From positions 403 to 64,402 of the forward strand of contig JAJPKJ010000051.1 in the NCBI GenBank assembly GCA_021323755.1: a stretch of DNA of 64,000 bases. Direction: 5' to 3'. A model generated the notes under the pieces. It made no database searches, was not told the origin of the DNA, and was given only the letters and a program-made list of their open reading frames with translations. Made by a program: the position numbers and the translations under genes. This DNA comes from Chitinophagales bacterium. GTDB lineage: Bacteria; Bacteroidota; Bacteroidia; Chitinophagales; Chitinophagaceae. Positions 29,132 to 39,970 of this stretch are shown piece after piece. Position 1 is the first letter of the stretch. The number at the start of each line of letters is the position of its first letter.

Positions 29132-31579
29132 TTAAACGGCGTCCACATCAGCAATAATCACTACACTTCGAAATTTTTTATTGGCATGCAAAATAATGGT
29201 TTGTTGTTGTATCACTTGTTTTGCAAAATTAATCGTGGCAGTATCTTTCGGCAATTTGAAGAGTAGTTCCATGATGTATTGATTCCGGATTCGATTTACA
29301 ATTGGTTCTGCCGGACCGGATATATATTTTCCAAAATCATTTTTAATATTATTCGCGAAAACATTCGCAGCCGTTTCAACAATATCTTTTATTTTATGCT
29401 TGAAGGTTATTAAGATAATTCTTGAATAGGGGGGATAGAAGAAATTTTTTCTGCCTTCGATCTCGTGATCGTAAAAAAGCCTGTAATCATGTTTCTGTAC
29501 ATATTCTAAAACGGGATGCTTGGTATTGGCAGCCTGAATCAATACTTTTCCCTGTTTATCTTTTCTTCCCGCCCGACCGCTGACCTGCTCCATCACCTGG
29601 AATCCTCTTTCATTAACACGAAAGTCTGCAAAACTCAGGATGCTGTCGGCATCTACAATGCCGACGAGCTCTACATTGTCAAAGTCCAGACCTTTCACCA
29701 CCATTTGGGTGCCAACAAGTATGTCGATTCTCTTTTGTTCGAACAATTGAATGAGATTGTCATGTGCGGATTTTCCGCGGACACTGTCAATATCCATTCG
29801 TGCAACTTTCGCATCGGGGAAAATTTCTTCCAGGTGCTCTTCGATCTTTTCGGTTCCGAAATTCCGCTGCATGAATTGATGATTGCCACAGGCAAGGCAG
29901 GTATTCACCGGTGGATAAGTGGTTCCGCAATAATGGCATTGTAATTTGTTGGATAACTTATGATAGGTCAGTGATACATCGCAGTTTTCACAATGCGGGA
30001 TCCATCCGCATATTTGACAGATCTGGTAGGGGGAATATCCACGTCGATTTTGAAAAAGAATTACCTGTTTATTATTGGATAATGTCTCAACCATCGATTC
30101 TCTTAACTGAGGGGTAATAATGACCTTATTTTTTTCTTTGGTCACTAATTTTTTTGTGTCGGCGATCTCAATAACCGGTAATTCAATATTTCCGAACCGT
30201 TCATTCAATTCAACCAAAGCATATTTATTGGTTGTTGCATTAAAATAACTTTCGACAGAGGGAGTAGCGCTTCCCAATAAAGTTTTTGCATGGAATAGCG
30301 AAGCATAATAAACAGCAGCGTCGCGAGCATGATAACGTGGCGCCGGTTCCTGTTGCTTATATGATGCATCGTGTTCCTCATCAACGATGATCAGCCCCAA
30401 ATTTTCAAAAGGGAGAAATAAGGAAGACCGGACGCCAAGGACAATCTTTAATTCACTGCTTTTTATTTTATTCCATATTTCTATTCTTTCATTTTGGCTG
30501 AATTTGCTGTGGTAGATTCCGATATAACCACCAAAATGTTTTTGTAAGCGACGAATGATCTGTGATGTGAGCGCAATTTCAGGCAATAAGTACAAAACCT
30601 GCTTTCCATTTTTAATAAATTCATTGATCAGTGTAATGTATATCTGTGTCTTTCCGCTGGATGTCACGCCGTGCAGTAAACAAACCTGTTTTTCTTTGAA
30701 TGATCTGGTAATTGCATCGTATGTTTCCTGCTGTGCCGGAGTCAATGTGAAATCAATCTCTATATTTCGGGGCAAATATTTGAGCCGGTCGATATTTCTT
30801 TTTTCGATAAGCAGAATATTTTTATCGGCAAGTCCTTTTAACTGTGCATCACTGGCACCAGATTTTTTTAATAGTTCTGCTTTTGTTACCAGCCCTTCCG
30901 CCTTTGATAAATGCAAATAGGCAAGGAGCAATTCCATTTGCTTTTCTGCGCGCTGTAATTTTTTATCTTCATTCAGTAATGCGCTCAGATTTTCTTCATT
31001 ATCATATTGCTGATTCAGTAATACATAGGTTTCTTTTTTTGGCGAATATGTTTCTTTCAATGCTTCCCAGACAAAACAAACTTTTTTGTCTATGAGTTTT
31101 TTGATTATAGGATAGACATGCGAGGAGTCCAGGATTTGCTGCACTTCTGCCAGTTTCAATTCTTTTTTTAATAATAATGCTTCTGCAACCAGGTATTCAT
31201 CATGACCGAGCGCAGAAAATTCATCGCCATATTCTTCATTAAAGATTAAAATGGATTCACTGCTCAATTTAAAATGTGCAGGCAATGCGGCAGCCATTAC
31301 TTCACCTTCGCTGCACAAATAATAATTGGCGATCCATTCCCACAATAGTAATTGGTGAGGAAAAATAACAGGCTCAGTATCCAATAGATTTAAAATCTCT
31401 TTTGGATCAAATGCATGAGGTTTATCGGCGTGAATTTTTTTTATGATGCCGGCATATTTTTTGTTTTTTAAAGAAACTTCCGCACGGCAGCCGGGTTTAA
31501 CAAGGGATCGAAATTTTTCAGGAATAGCCCAGGTGTAATTTTTCGGTAATGCTAACGGTATGATAATTTCGGCGTACAA
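29132..31579 (-). CDS. priA: primosomal replication protein N' (PriA helicase)
   Basis: Walker A GVTSSGKT, DEEH box (IVDEEHD) and a Cys-rich zinc region (CQICGWIPHCENCDVSLTYH...CHYCG...CLACG). TTG start. Confidence 0.93.
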   Translation of the reverse strand: MYAEIIIPLALPKNYTWAIPEKFRSLVKPGCRAEVSLKNKKYAGIIKKIHADKPHAFDPKEILNLLDTEPVIFPHQLLLWEWIANYYLCSEGEVMAAALPAHFKLSSESILIFNEEYGDEFSALGHDEYLVAEALLLKKELKLAEVQQILDSSHVYPIIKKLIDKKVCFVWEALKETYSPKKETYVLLNQQYDNEENLSALLNEDKKLQRAEKQMELLLAYLHLSKAEGLVTKAELLKKSGASDAQLKGLADKNILLIEKRNIDRLKYLPRNIEIDFTLTPAQQETYDAITRSFKEKQVCLLHGVTSSGKTQIYITLINEFIKNGKQVLYLLPEIALTSQIIRRLQKHFGGYIGIYHSKFSQNERIEIWNKIKSSELKIVLGVRSSLFLPFENLGLIIVDEEHDASYKQQEPAPRYHARDAAVYYASLFHAKTLLGSATPSVESYFNATTNKYALVELNERFGNIELPVIEIADTKKLVTKEKNKVIITPQLRESMVETLSNNKQVILFQNRRGYSPYQICQICGWIPHCENCDVSLTYHKLSNKLQCHYCGTTYPPVNTCLACGNHQFMQRNFGTEKIEEHLEEIFPDAKVARMDIDSVRGKSAHDNLIQLFEQKRIDILVGTQMVVKGLDFDNVELVGIVDADSILSFADFRVNERGFQVMEQVSGRAGRKDKQGKVLIQAANTKHPVLEYVQKHDYRLFYDHEIEGRKNFFYPPYSRIILITFKHKIKDIVETAANVFANNIKNDFGKYISGPAEPIVNRIRNQYIMELLFKLPKDTATINFAKQVIQQQTIILHANKKFRSVVIIADVDAV

Positions 31580-31625
31580 ATTGAATTATTGAATATTCCT
31601 GCTCAATATACAATTATCATCATGA

Positions 31626-32393
31626 TTATGTTGTGATCCATGTTGCATTATATTTCGTCAATGCAGTCTCCATTTGTTGGTAAACTTTTTGTTTTAATCC
31701 CTGCAGATCACTCAGGGAATATTCACGCACATCAATCTCTTCCAGAAAAACAGCGTTGCATTTTCCGGGATTTAGGGTGAGCAGGCTTTTATAGTGCATT
31801 CTGTCGTAAGTATCCAAAAACAAAATTGGCTTTATCGCTGTCTTCGTTTCAATGGCAATGCGAAAAGCGCCGTCATAAAAATCTTTTAATGGATGATGGG
31901 TCTCATTAAAAGTTCCTTCAGGAAAAATAAAAATGGAGATACCTTTTTGTAAGACCGATTTTAATTGCCGCACACTTTTTGCCCGCGTAGTATGATTGCT
32001 TCTGTCGACCATTATCACAGCATTTTTATAGATGAAGCCAAATACCGGAACATTTTTCATTTCTATTTTTCCCAGCACCCTTATTTTTCTTTTCCGGATC
32101 GTTTTAAATATCATCGGAATATCCAGATAAGAAATGTGATTGGCGATGAAAATATATTGTTTATTCATTTCCGGCGGCGATAAAAAAATATTCTTGTGTT
32201 GAATGCCGACCGAAAACATCCAGGCATCTGCCCAGAATCGTGATGCGCGATAAATAAAATGGCCGCCTTTTACTTTTCCCCAAAAGGATGCGATGATTAC
32301 CGCCGGAAAGATAAATAGCATGATCACCACAAATGAAATAAAGGCATAAAGGCAATAAAGCAATCGAAAAGGGGCCAAAATAATTTTTATCAT
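31626..32393 (-). CDS. plsC: 1-acyl-sn-glycerol-3-phosphate acyltransferase
   Basis: H(X)4D motif (NHISYLD) and FPEGT. Confidence 0.85.
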   Translation of the reverse strand: MIKIILAPFRLLYCLYAFISFVVIMLFIFPAVIIASFWGKVKGGHFIYRASRFWADAWMFSVGIQHKNIFLSPPEMNKQYIFIANHISYLDIPMIFKTIRKRKIRVLGKIEMKNVPVFGFIYKNAVIMVDRSNHTTRAKSVRQLKSVLQKGISIFIFPEGTFNETHHPLKDFYDGAFRIAIETKTAIKPILFLDTYDRMHYKSLLTLNPGKCNAVFLEEIDVREYSLSDLQGLKQKVYQQMETALTKYNATWITT

Positions 32394-32417
32394 ACTAACA
32401 AGGGCTAACTAAAAAAA

Positions 32418-32777
32418 CTAATTGCAATCGCATTGCCATTCTACGCCAAGGTCAATACAGGTAACCACCACCAATCCCCGTTCACCAGTGGCAAATACCA
32501 CACGTAAATGCTGTCCTTCATTTGTGTATCCGTCCAATGCATATTTCGGATCGGGGTGACTATTGGGTTCGCTTTTATTATAATTGATCTCGCCTTTTTC
32601 TAAGATCTCCCTGATCTCGTTTTCAGTGATGTGCCGGCAATCCATTCTGCAGTGCGCGTGCTTTGTATAGATCAAATGCGTTTCATGACGGTTGATCGGT
32701 TGGGTTGCATTATTGGTTATTTGTCCGCAACCAATTATGATGAGCAGTAAGGAAAAAAATCTAAGCTGTCTGAACAC
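32418..32777 (-). CDS. DUF4258-domain lipoprotein, Cys-rich
   Basis: A GTG start gives MFRQLRFFSLLLIIIGCG (lipobox). HAHCRMDCRHITENEIREIL matches the HAxxRMxxRxI core I associate with DUF4258. Ends ...VEWQCDCN. Confidence 0.6.
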   Translation of the reverse strand: MFRQLRFFSLLLIIIGCGQITNNATQPINRHETHLIYTKHAHCRMDCRHITENEIREILEKGEINYNKSEPNSHPDPKYALDGYTNEGQHLRVVFATGERGLVVVTCIDLGVEWQCDCN

Positions 32778-32946
32778 CGGGTTATTTTTTCAAAGATACT
32801 TTATCCTTTGTTCAATCGTATTGACGTGGCTGAAGGCTGCGATACCATGGTGTCTGAGGGTAGCAATGGAGGCGGAACAGGAAATTTGTTTGGCTTTTGG
32901 TGTTAAGCTTTTAGCCAATAACGGTGAAACCGTATCTTTGCGGGCT

Positions 32947-34218
32947 ATGTCAGAAACGAGATCAGTTGCATTTCATACGTTGGGCTGTAAATTAAATTAC
33001 TCAGAAACTTCAACCATCTCGCGATTGTTGCAGAATGAAGGTTTTGCGAAAAAAGAATTTGATGAGATCGCTGATGTGTATGTCATTAATACTTGTTCTG
33101 TCACAGATAATGCGGATAAAGAATGCAGGCAATTGGTGAGAAGAATTCAACGGAAGTCCCCGGAAAGTTTGGTGGTGATCACCGGTTGCTATGCGCAACT
33201 TAAACCAAAGGAAATTGCGGAAATTCCGGGTGTTGACCTGGTATTGGGGGCTGCTGAAAAATTCAATATCACCCATCACCTAAAGGAACTTTCAAAAGGG
33301 AACTCTGCAAAAATTTGCAGTTGCGATATTGATGAAGTGGATTCGTTTCATTCTTCTTTTTCAATTGCTGACCGGACAAGAACATTTTTAAAAGTGCAGG
33401 ATGGCTGTGATTATAATTGTTCATTTTGCACCATTCCGATGGCCAGGGGGAAAAGCAGAAGCGATTCCATTAATAATGTGCTGCAAAATGTTCAGACCCT
33501 GTCCGGAACGGGAGTGAAAGAAATTGTGCTGACAGGTGTCAATCTTGGTGATTTCCGTACCAGCGATCTGGCAGGAGAAAAGCAAAACTTTTTTGACCTG
33601 ATCCAGGAGTTGGAAAAAGTTGATGGCATTGATCGTTATCGCATTTCTTCTATAGAACCTAATCTATTAACCAATGAGATCATTGAATTTGTGGCGAACA
33701 GCAAGAAGTTCATGCCGCATTTTCATATTCCTTTGCAAAGTGGAAGTAACCGCATTCTTGGATTGATGCGCAGAAGATATAAAAGAGAACTGTACACCGA
33801 GCGTGTTAATCTTATCAAAACATTAATGCCACATTGCGCAATTGGTGTTGATGTGATCGTTGGTTTCCCGGGCGAATCGGAAAATGATTTCAAGGAGACC
33901 TACGATTTTCTGCACTCCCTTGATATTTCCTACCTGCATGTGTTCACTTATTCTGAAAGAGACAATACCAAAGCGCTCGAAATAAAACCTGTTGTATCGA
34001 TGAATGTTCGTCATCAAAGAAATAAGATCCTGCGCAATCTCTCTTATATGAAAATGCAATACTTTACTGGTCTGCATCTGGGGCAAACACGAAAGATTTT
34101 ATTTGAATCGCAAAATAAAAACGGGATGATGGAAGGATATTCTGATAATTATATTAAAGTAACTGTTCCTTACCGGGAAGAGCTGGTTAATCATATTGTT
34201 GATTGGAAGATAAGTTGA
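32947..34218 (+). CDS. mtaB: tRNA t6A37 methylthiotransferase MtaB (radical SAM)
   Basis: ATG at 32947 gives MSETRSVAFHTLGCKLNYSE. Radical-SAM CDYNCSFCTIP. The ORF-track start at 32692 is an upstream extension that overlaps the divergent gene. Confidence 0.9.
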   Translation: MSETRSVAFHTLGCKLNYSETSTISRLLQNEGFAKKEFDEIADVYVINTCSVTDNADKECRQLVRRIQRKSPESLVVITGCYAQLKPKEIAEIPGVDLVLGAAEKFNITHHLKELSKGNSAKICSCDIDEVDSFHSSFSIADRTRTFLKVQDGCDYNCSFCTIPMARGKSRSDSINNVLQNVQTLSGTGVKEIVLTGVNLGDFRTSDLAGEKQNFFDLIQELEKVDGIDRYRISSIEPNLLTNEIIEFVANSKKFMPHFHIPLQSGSNRILGLMRRRYKRELYTERVNLIKTLMPHCAIGVDVIVGFPGESENDFKETYDFLHSLDISYLHVFTYSERDNTKALEIKPVVSMNVRHQRNKILRNLSYMKMQYFTGLHLGQTRKILFESQNKNGMMEGYSDNYIKVTVPYREELVNHIVDWKIS

Positions 34219-34239
34219 TCCGTTGAATTTCTCTCGGGT

Positions 34240-34818
34240 TCAGTAAAATACCATATACTTATAAAATGCAAAAAATTCCCGGATCACAGCAAACCAGTCC
34301 TTGCTTAAAAAAATCGCATCAGAGGAAACACCACGCACATTTTTAAATCCAAGTTTTTTAATAATATATTTTGTTCGGGTGATGTGATAAAAACTGGTCA
34401 CCGCAATTGCCGATAAAAAATGCAGAGAATCATTCAATGCTAAAAAGTCCTTCGCCGTAAAATAAGTGTTCTTCCCTTTGTTGTCAGCAATAATATCTTC
34501 AGCAGGAACATTTCTTTTTATCAGATAAGCCTTCATGGCATCACCTTCTGCAACACCAAATTCACCGGGACCGCCACTGGCAAAGATCTTTTTTACACGC
34601 TTTTGCTGATAAAGCTCCAAAGCTTTGTCCACTCTGCCTTTCAGCCAGGGTGATAATGAGCTGTCGGCATAGACTTCATTACCTAAAATAATCGCCACCT
34701 CAGCATTGCCTCTGTAATTATGCAATCCATCGTAACAAACATAAGCGGTATGCAAAACAAACCACGCTATTAATAAATAGAAAGCGGCTTTTATTTTTTT
34801 GTTCAGCCTGATCTTCAT
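34240..34818 (-). CDS. YdcF/ElyC (DUF218) family protein
   Basis: N-terminal TM, then AIILGNEV...RVDKALELYQQKRVKKIFASGG. Confidence 0.8.
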   Translation of the reverse strand: MKIRLNKKIKAAFYLLIAWFVLHTAYVCYDGLHNYRGNAEVAIILGNEVYADSSLSPWLKGRVDKALELYQQKRVKKIFASGGPGEFGVAEGDAMKAYLIKRNVPAEDIIADNKGKNTYFTAKDFLALNDSLHFLSAIAVTSFYHITRTKYIIKKLGFKNVRGVSSDAIFLSKDWFAVIREFFAFYKYMVFY

Positions 34819-34980
34819 TACGATTATTTTTACCTGAGTTTAATTGTTCATTGAACATTATTGCCTTCGAATCTTACGCCGGAACATCCATGTTTTCACG
34901 CAGCAGATCCAATGTTCAGCGTAAAGTAAATATTTTTTCAAACTTTAACTATTTGCAATTCTTCGTTTATCAATTGCCGG

Positions 34981-34988
34981 TATATTTG
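34981..34988 (+). promoter_or_regulatory. candidate -7 box (TATATTTG)
   Basis: Exact TAnnTTTG match, 18 nt upstream of the ATG at 35007. Confidence 0.35.
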
Positions 34989-35006
34989 TAATCTAAAAAA
35001 ATCTTT

Positions 35007-37832
35007 ATGAAAAAGATACGCACCTTATCCATACCTCATTTGCTATTGCCGCTATTGATGTTCATGCTTTCGCAGTCGCTTTTCTCACAATTCAATCTTA
35101 CCGATAAATTGCCTGTAGATCCGAATATTAAAATCGGTAAACTTCCAAACGGATTAACTTATTACATCCGAAAAAATGCGAAGCCGGAAAAAAAAGTTCA
35201 GCTGCGTCTTGTGGTGAATGCCGGATCGATACTGGAGGACAAGGACCAGCAAGGACTGGCGCATATGATGGAACACATGAACTTTAACGGGCTGCAGCAT
35301 TTTCCTAAAAATGAACTGGTGAATTATCTGCAGTCTATCGGTGTTGAATTTGGCGCGGATCTTAATGCCTATACCGGATTTGATGAAACTGTTTATATCC
35401 TGCCAATTCCATCAGATAATGCAGATAAGATCGATAAAGGCTTTACCATCCTCGAAGATTGGTCTGGTAATGCGTTGCTGGATACCACAGAAATAAATAA
35501 AGAGAGGGGAGTGGTGCTGGAGGAATCGCGGCTTGGAAAAGGAGCAAGTGAAAGGATGCGCAATAAATATTTTCCGAAATTAATGAATGGGTCGAAATAT
35601 GCAGAACGATTACCGATTGGAAAAGATGACACGATAAGATATTTCAAATACAAAACATTAAAACATTTTTATCATGATTGGTACCGCCCGGATTTGGAAG
35701 CCGTGATCGTAGTTGGTGATATCGATCCGGCAGTTGCCGAACAGGAGGTAATAAAACATTTCAGTCATTTTAAAAATCCGGTCAATGAAAGAAAGCGGCC
35801 ATCGATAATTCCAATTGCCAACAGAACCATAAGTGAAGGCATGGTGCTTACAGATAAAGAAGAGACAAACACGATCCTTCAGATCTATAATTACATCGAA
35901 AAAGAGAAACCTGTTTTAACCTGGGCAGATTACCGCGAGACAATTATTGAAGGGTTATTCTCTGCCATCATTAATCAGCGATTAACTGAATTAACGGAGC
36001 AGGCAGATCCGCCTTTTATATTTGGGAATGCCGGATTTGGTAATTTTTTACGCGGCTATCGTTCATTCAATTCCTTTGCTTTTCTTGGTGATAAACCTGC
36101 AAAGGCTGCTGTGGATGCATTGATAACCACTACTGAAGCTGTACGCAAATTCGGATTTCTTCAATCTGAACTTGATCGGGCAAAAAGTAATTTGATGAAT
36201 CAGACTGAACGCGCATTCAAAGACAAGGATAAAACAGAATCTGACCGCTATGTGCAGGGCTATGTAAATAATTTTTTGGAAAGTAGCCCGGTCACGGGTA
36301 TTGATAACCGTTATAAATTTATTCAGCAGGTATTGCCGACGATCACTTTACAGGAAGTGAACGCGCTGGCTTCAAAGATGGAAAACGCGCAGGGAAAATT
36401 TGTATTACTCACCGCGCCGCAAAAAGATCTTTCAAAATTACCGGGCGACAAACAATTACTGGATGATTTGGCGGCTGCGCATAAGATCCCGGTAAAAGCT
36501 TATGAAGAAAAAGCTGTTGCAAAATCATTAATCGATAAGATGCCGCTTGCCGGTACGATAACCGAAGAAACAACAAATGCTGCCCTGGGCACCATTAACC
36601 TTGCCCTAAGCAATGGAGTAACGATAACGCTTCGTCCTACTGATTTTAAAAACGACGAAATAAGCATGGATTCATGGCGATGGGGTGGCTTTACGAATTA
36701 TGGAATTAATAAAAAGATGGATGCGCAAAATGCCGGAACGATAGTGAGTCAAATGGGAGTGAAAGATATGTCGGCCATGGATCTGCGAAAATTCATGGCG
36801 GGCAAGACCATTTCAGCTACGCCCTATCTCAACGAATACGATGAAGGAATTCAGGGCAGCAGCAGTGTAAAAGATTTTGAAACGTTTTTGCAATTGGTGT
36901 ATTTGTATTTTACCCAACCGCGACGAGACGAAAAATTGTTTCAGTCATTTATCACCACGCAGAAAAGTTTCCTGCAGAATATTTCGGCAAACCCAAATGC
37001 GTATTTTGCCGATACGGTGGCAAAGATCGAGTATAACAATAATCCATGGGCAGGCGCATTTCCAAAAGCAAGCGATTTTGATAAAATCAATCTCGACACC
37101 GTTTTATCGATTTACAAGAATATATTCGGGAACGTTTATGGCTGGCATTTTACTTTTGTCGGTAATATCGATGTAGAAAAAATAAAACCACTTCTTGCAA
37201 CCTATCTTGGTGGTCTCCCATCTTCACAAAAAGAAAATAAGTTTACTGATGAAGGATTAAGACCGGTGAAAGGAATCCTCAATGTTGCCATTAAGAAAGG
37301 TGCCGAGAAAAAAAGTCTCGTCAATGTGATATTTAATGGCGAAGCGCAGTATAGTCCGGAAGATGCGTTAAAACTACAAGTGCTCGATGAAGTACTTAAT
37401 ATAAAGATCACAGAAAAACTGCGTGAAGATATGAGCGGCATTTATGGAGGCGGGATGCGCGGTTCCTTAATTAACCGGCCATATAATCATTATTCCGTGG
37501 TGCTGAGTTTTCCCTGTGGACCGGAGAATGTTGACAAATTGATTGCTGCAGCATTTGATATCATTAAGAATGCGCAGGAAAAGGGAGTCGAACAAAAAGA
37601 TCTGGATAAAGTAAAAGAAACCTTGAAAAAGCAAAATGAAGATGCCATGAAAGATAATGATCATTGGCTGGACGGGCTTACTTACTCCTGGATTGAACGA
37701 TATGACCCCATCTGGATCCTGGACTATTCAAAAAAAGTGGAAGCACTCACCACCCAGGATATTCAGGATGCCGCAAAAAAATATCTCAACATGCAGAATT
37801 ATATAAAGGCCGTATTGTATCCGGAGAAATAA
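35007..37832 (+). CDS. M16-family zinc metallopeptidase (insulinase-like, two-unit fusion)
   Basis: 941 aa, signal peptide, inverted zinc motif HMMEHMNFNG (HxxEH) and a second inactive M16 half. Confidence 0.9.
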   Translation: MKKIRTLSIPHLLLPLLMFMLSQSLFSQFNLTDKLPVDPNIKIGKLPNGLTYYIRKNAKPEKKVQLRLVVNAGSILEDKDQQGLAHMMEHMNFNGLQHFPKNELVNYLQSIGVEFGADLNAYTGFDETVYILPIPSDNADKIDKGFTILEDWSGNALLDTTEINKERGVVLEESRLGKGASERMRNKYFPKLMNGSKYAERLPIGKDDTIRYFKYKTLKHFYHDWYRPDLEAVIVVGDIDPAVAEQEVIKHFSHFKNPVNERKRPSIIPIANRTISEGMVLTDKEETNTILQIYNYIEKEKPVLTWADYRETIIEGLFSAIINQRLTELTEQADPPFIFGNAGFGNFLRGYRSFNSFAFLGDKPAKAAVDALITTTEAVRKFGFLQSELDRAKSNLMNQTERAFKDKDKTESDRYVQGYVNNFLESSPVTGIDNRYKFIQQVLPTITLQEVNALASKMENAQGKFVLLTAPQKDLSKLPGDKQLLDDLAAAHKIPVKAYEEKAVAKSLIDKMPLAGTITEETTNAALGTINLALSNGVTITLRPTDFKNDEISMDSWRWGGFTNYGINKKMDAQNAGTIVSQMGVKDMSAMDLRKFMAGKTISATPYLNEYDEGIQGSSSVKDFETFLQLVYLYFTQPRRDEKLFQSFITTQKSFLQNISANPNAYFADTVAKIEYNNNPWAGAFPKASDFDKINLDTVLSIYKNIFGNVYGWHFTFVGNIDVEKIKPLLATYLGGLPSSQKENKFTDEGLRPVKGILNVAIKKGAEKKSLVNVIFNGEAQYSPEDALKLQVLDEVLNIKITEKLREDMSGIYGGGMRGSLINRPYNHYSVVLSFPCGPENVDKLIAAAFDIIKNAQEKGVEQKDLDKVKETLKKQNEDAMKDNDHWLDGLTYSWIERYDPIWILDYSKKVEALTTQDIQDAAKKYLNMQNYIKAVLYPEK

Positions 37833-37845
37833 TCTTTTAGCAGGG

Positions 37846-37892
37846 TTAAAAATAAAGATGCCATGTATTCTCAACATGGCATCTTGTTATTT
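37846..37892. terminator. bidirectional rho-independent terminator
   Basis: 11-bp stem AAGATGCCATG/CATGGCATCTT with a 9-nt loop. A-run before and T-rich tail after. Lies between convergent genes. Confidence 0.75.
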
Positions 37893-37907
37893 AGCGTTTG
37901 CCCGGGA

Positions 37908-38966
37908 TCAGGCAACCGTGATTTCATTATCTAAATATACATCCTGTGTCGCATTCAGCAGTTGAACGCCTTCATTAAAAGGACGCTGAAATGCCTTTCT
38001 TCCCAATATCAAACCCATACCACCTGCGCGTTTATTGATAACGGCCGTGTAAACGGAATCTGCAAGATCAGAAGCGCCTTTACTTTCACCGCCGCTGTTT
38101 ATTAATCCAACTCTTCCGCTATAACAATTCAGGACCTGGTAACGACAAAGATCAATGGGATGATCCGTTGTCAATTTTTCATAAACCAGGGGAGAGGTTT
38201 TCCCCTGCTTGATTGCAAGATAACCACCATTATTAGTAGGCAACTTCTGTTTGATGATATCCGCCTGGATGGTGACACCAAGATGATTCGCCTGCCCGGT
38301 CAGATCCGCTGAGGTATGATAATCCACGCCATCGACTTTAAAACCATTATTACGGGTGTAGCACCATAAAATGGTTGCCATTCCCAGTTCATGGGCCAGT
38401 TCAAATGCTTCGGCAATTTCTTTTAATTGACGGATACTTTCTTCGGAACCCCAATACACAGTTGCCCCCACAGCAACCGCTCCCATGTTCCATGCACTTC
38501 TCACTGTTCCAAAAAGCGTTTGATCATACCTGTTAGGAATACTTAATAATTCATTATGATTTATTTTTACCACAAAAGGAATTCGGTGTGCATATTTACG
38601 ACTCATGATCCCTAAAACGCCGAAAGTTGAAGCCACGGCATTACAGCCTCCTTCAATGGCAAGTTTGATAATATTTTCAGGATCAAAATAGATCGGATTG
38701 GGCGAAAATGCAGAGCCAGCGCTATGTTCAATGCCCTGGTCTACAGGAAAAATTGAAATATAACCGGTGTTTGCCAAACGTCCATTGCAAATAAGTGTTT
38801 GCAAACTTCTTAAAACCTGGTTGCTCCTATTGGAATTGATCCAGATTTCTTCCACATGATTTGGAGATGGCAGGGTGAGTGTGGTCTTATCAACTGTTTT
38901 ACATTGATGATTTAACAGAAATTCGGCTTTGTCGCCTAAAAGATCAAGGATTTTCTTTGAAGCCAT
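37908..38966 (-). CDS. fbaB: class I fructose-bisphosphate aldolase (FbaB/DhnA type)
   Basis: Near-colinear similarity to E. coli FbaB as I recall it (GRLA.TGY.SI.PVDQG.EHSAG...[14 protein letters not shown]...DLTGQANHL...[17 protein letters not shown]). Confidence 0.93.
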   Translation of the reverse strand: MASKKILDLLGDKAEFLLNHQCKTVDKTTLTLPSPNHVEEIWINSNRSNQVLRSLQTLICNGRLANTGYISIFPVDQGIEHSAGSAFSPNPIYFDPENIIKLAIEGGCNAVASTFGVLGIMSRKYAHRIPFVVKINHNELLSIPNRYDQTLFGTVRSAWNMGAVAVGATVYWGSEESIRQLKEIAEAFELAHELGMATILWCYTRNNGFKVDGVDYHTSADLTGQANHLGVTIQADIIKQKLPTNNGGYLAIKQGKTSPLVYEKLTTDHPIDLCRYQVLNCYSGRVGLINSGGESKGASDLADSVYTAVINKRAGGMGLILGRKAFQRPFNEGVQLLNATQDVYLDNEITVA

Positions 38967-39064
38967 GTTTGTTTTATTTACGATTTTAATAGCAATTAGC
39001 TAATAGCTGTTGGCTGATAGCTATGGTAGTTGTTTTTAAAGGCCGCAAAGATACATTTAGTTTG

Positions 39065-39862
39065 TTATTTTCCTATTTCGGTCATTAGTTGCCGGAAATA
39101 TTGAGGCGCTTTGATTAATCTGCTTCCATACCAACTGAACATTTCTCCATCAACCAAAATTATTTTTACCTTTTGTAATTTGTTCTGTAATTCTTTCAGG
39201 TGGTTCTCTTTAAATGGGAATGGCTCAGATGATAACAATAGCAATTCGCAGTTTTCCCTGGATAGATCTGCCTCCGTAATGGTTGGATAACGATCCCGAT
39301 CTTCAAAAATATTCTTCATCCCGCAGCATGTCATCATCTCATGGATGAATGTATCTCCGCCAACAGACATGTAGGGATCCTGCCAAATCAAATAAGCTGT
39401 TCTGCGTATGTTGTTCGCATCTTGTTGTTTTATAAATGAGCTGAAATTATCTATTATTTCCGCGATTATTTTTTTTGCGCCCCCTTCTTTGTTTGTGATC
39501 TGTCCAACTGATCCTATCATTTCAAGTGCATCATTCAAAGTTGAAATATCACTCACCCAAACCGGAAAGGATCCAGCTAATTCAGCGATTTGTTCTTTTG
39601 TATTTTCCTCTTTATTGGCAATGATCAGATCAGGATCTAATTCAGCAATGGTTTTAAAGTTGATTTGTTTTGTTCCGCCAACCCTGGTCTTATTTCTGAT
39701 CCATTTTTCCGGGTGCACGCAAAATTTGGTAATGCCAACCACTTGTTCATCTAATCCCAGGTCAAATAATAATTCCGTTTGCGAAGGGACCAAAGAAATG
39801 ATGCGCTGGGGAAAATCCTTTAACGAAATGTTTCTGCCTAATTGATCGATAAAAACAGGCAT
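39065..39862 (-). CDS. BtuF/TroA-like periplasmic-binding-fold protein (cobalamin/metal-chelate binding type), no signal peptide
   Basis: RIISLVPSQTELLFDLGL...VVGITKFC...PDLIIAN pattern of the helical-backbone binding-protein family. Confidence 0.75.
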   Translation of the reverse strand: MPVFIDQLGRNISLKDFPQRIISLVPSQTELLFDLGLDEQVVGITKFCVHPEKWIRNKTRVGGTKQINFKTIAELDPDLIIANKEENTKEQIAELAGSFPVWVSDISTLNDALEMIGSVGQITNKEGGAKKIIAEIIDNFSSFIKQQDANNIRRTAYLIWQDPYMSVGGDTFIHEMMTCCGMKNIFEDRDRYPTITEADLSRENCELLLLSSEPFPFKENHLKELQNKLQKVKIILVDGEMFSWYGSRLIKAPQYFRQLMTEIGK

Positions 39863-39930
39863 TTAAAAATTTTCATGCAAGATAAAGAGAAGAGAATTGT
39901 GTGGAAGAAGTGGAAGTTCCGTCGTTAATA

Positions 39931-39968
39931 CCCCCTGCTAAATAACTTTTTTACATTTAGCAGGAGGG
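39931..39968. promoter_or_regulatory. strong stem-loop of unknown role
   Basis: CCCCCTGCTAAAT/ATTTAGCAGG(A)GGG, 13 bp with one bulge and an 11-nt loop, 69-106 nt upstream of the BtuF-like ATG. No clear U-tract on either strand. Confidence 0.5.
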
Positions 39969-39970
39969 CA

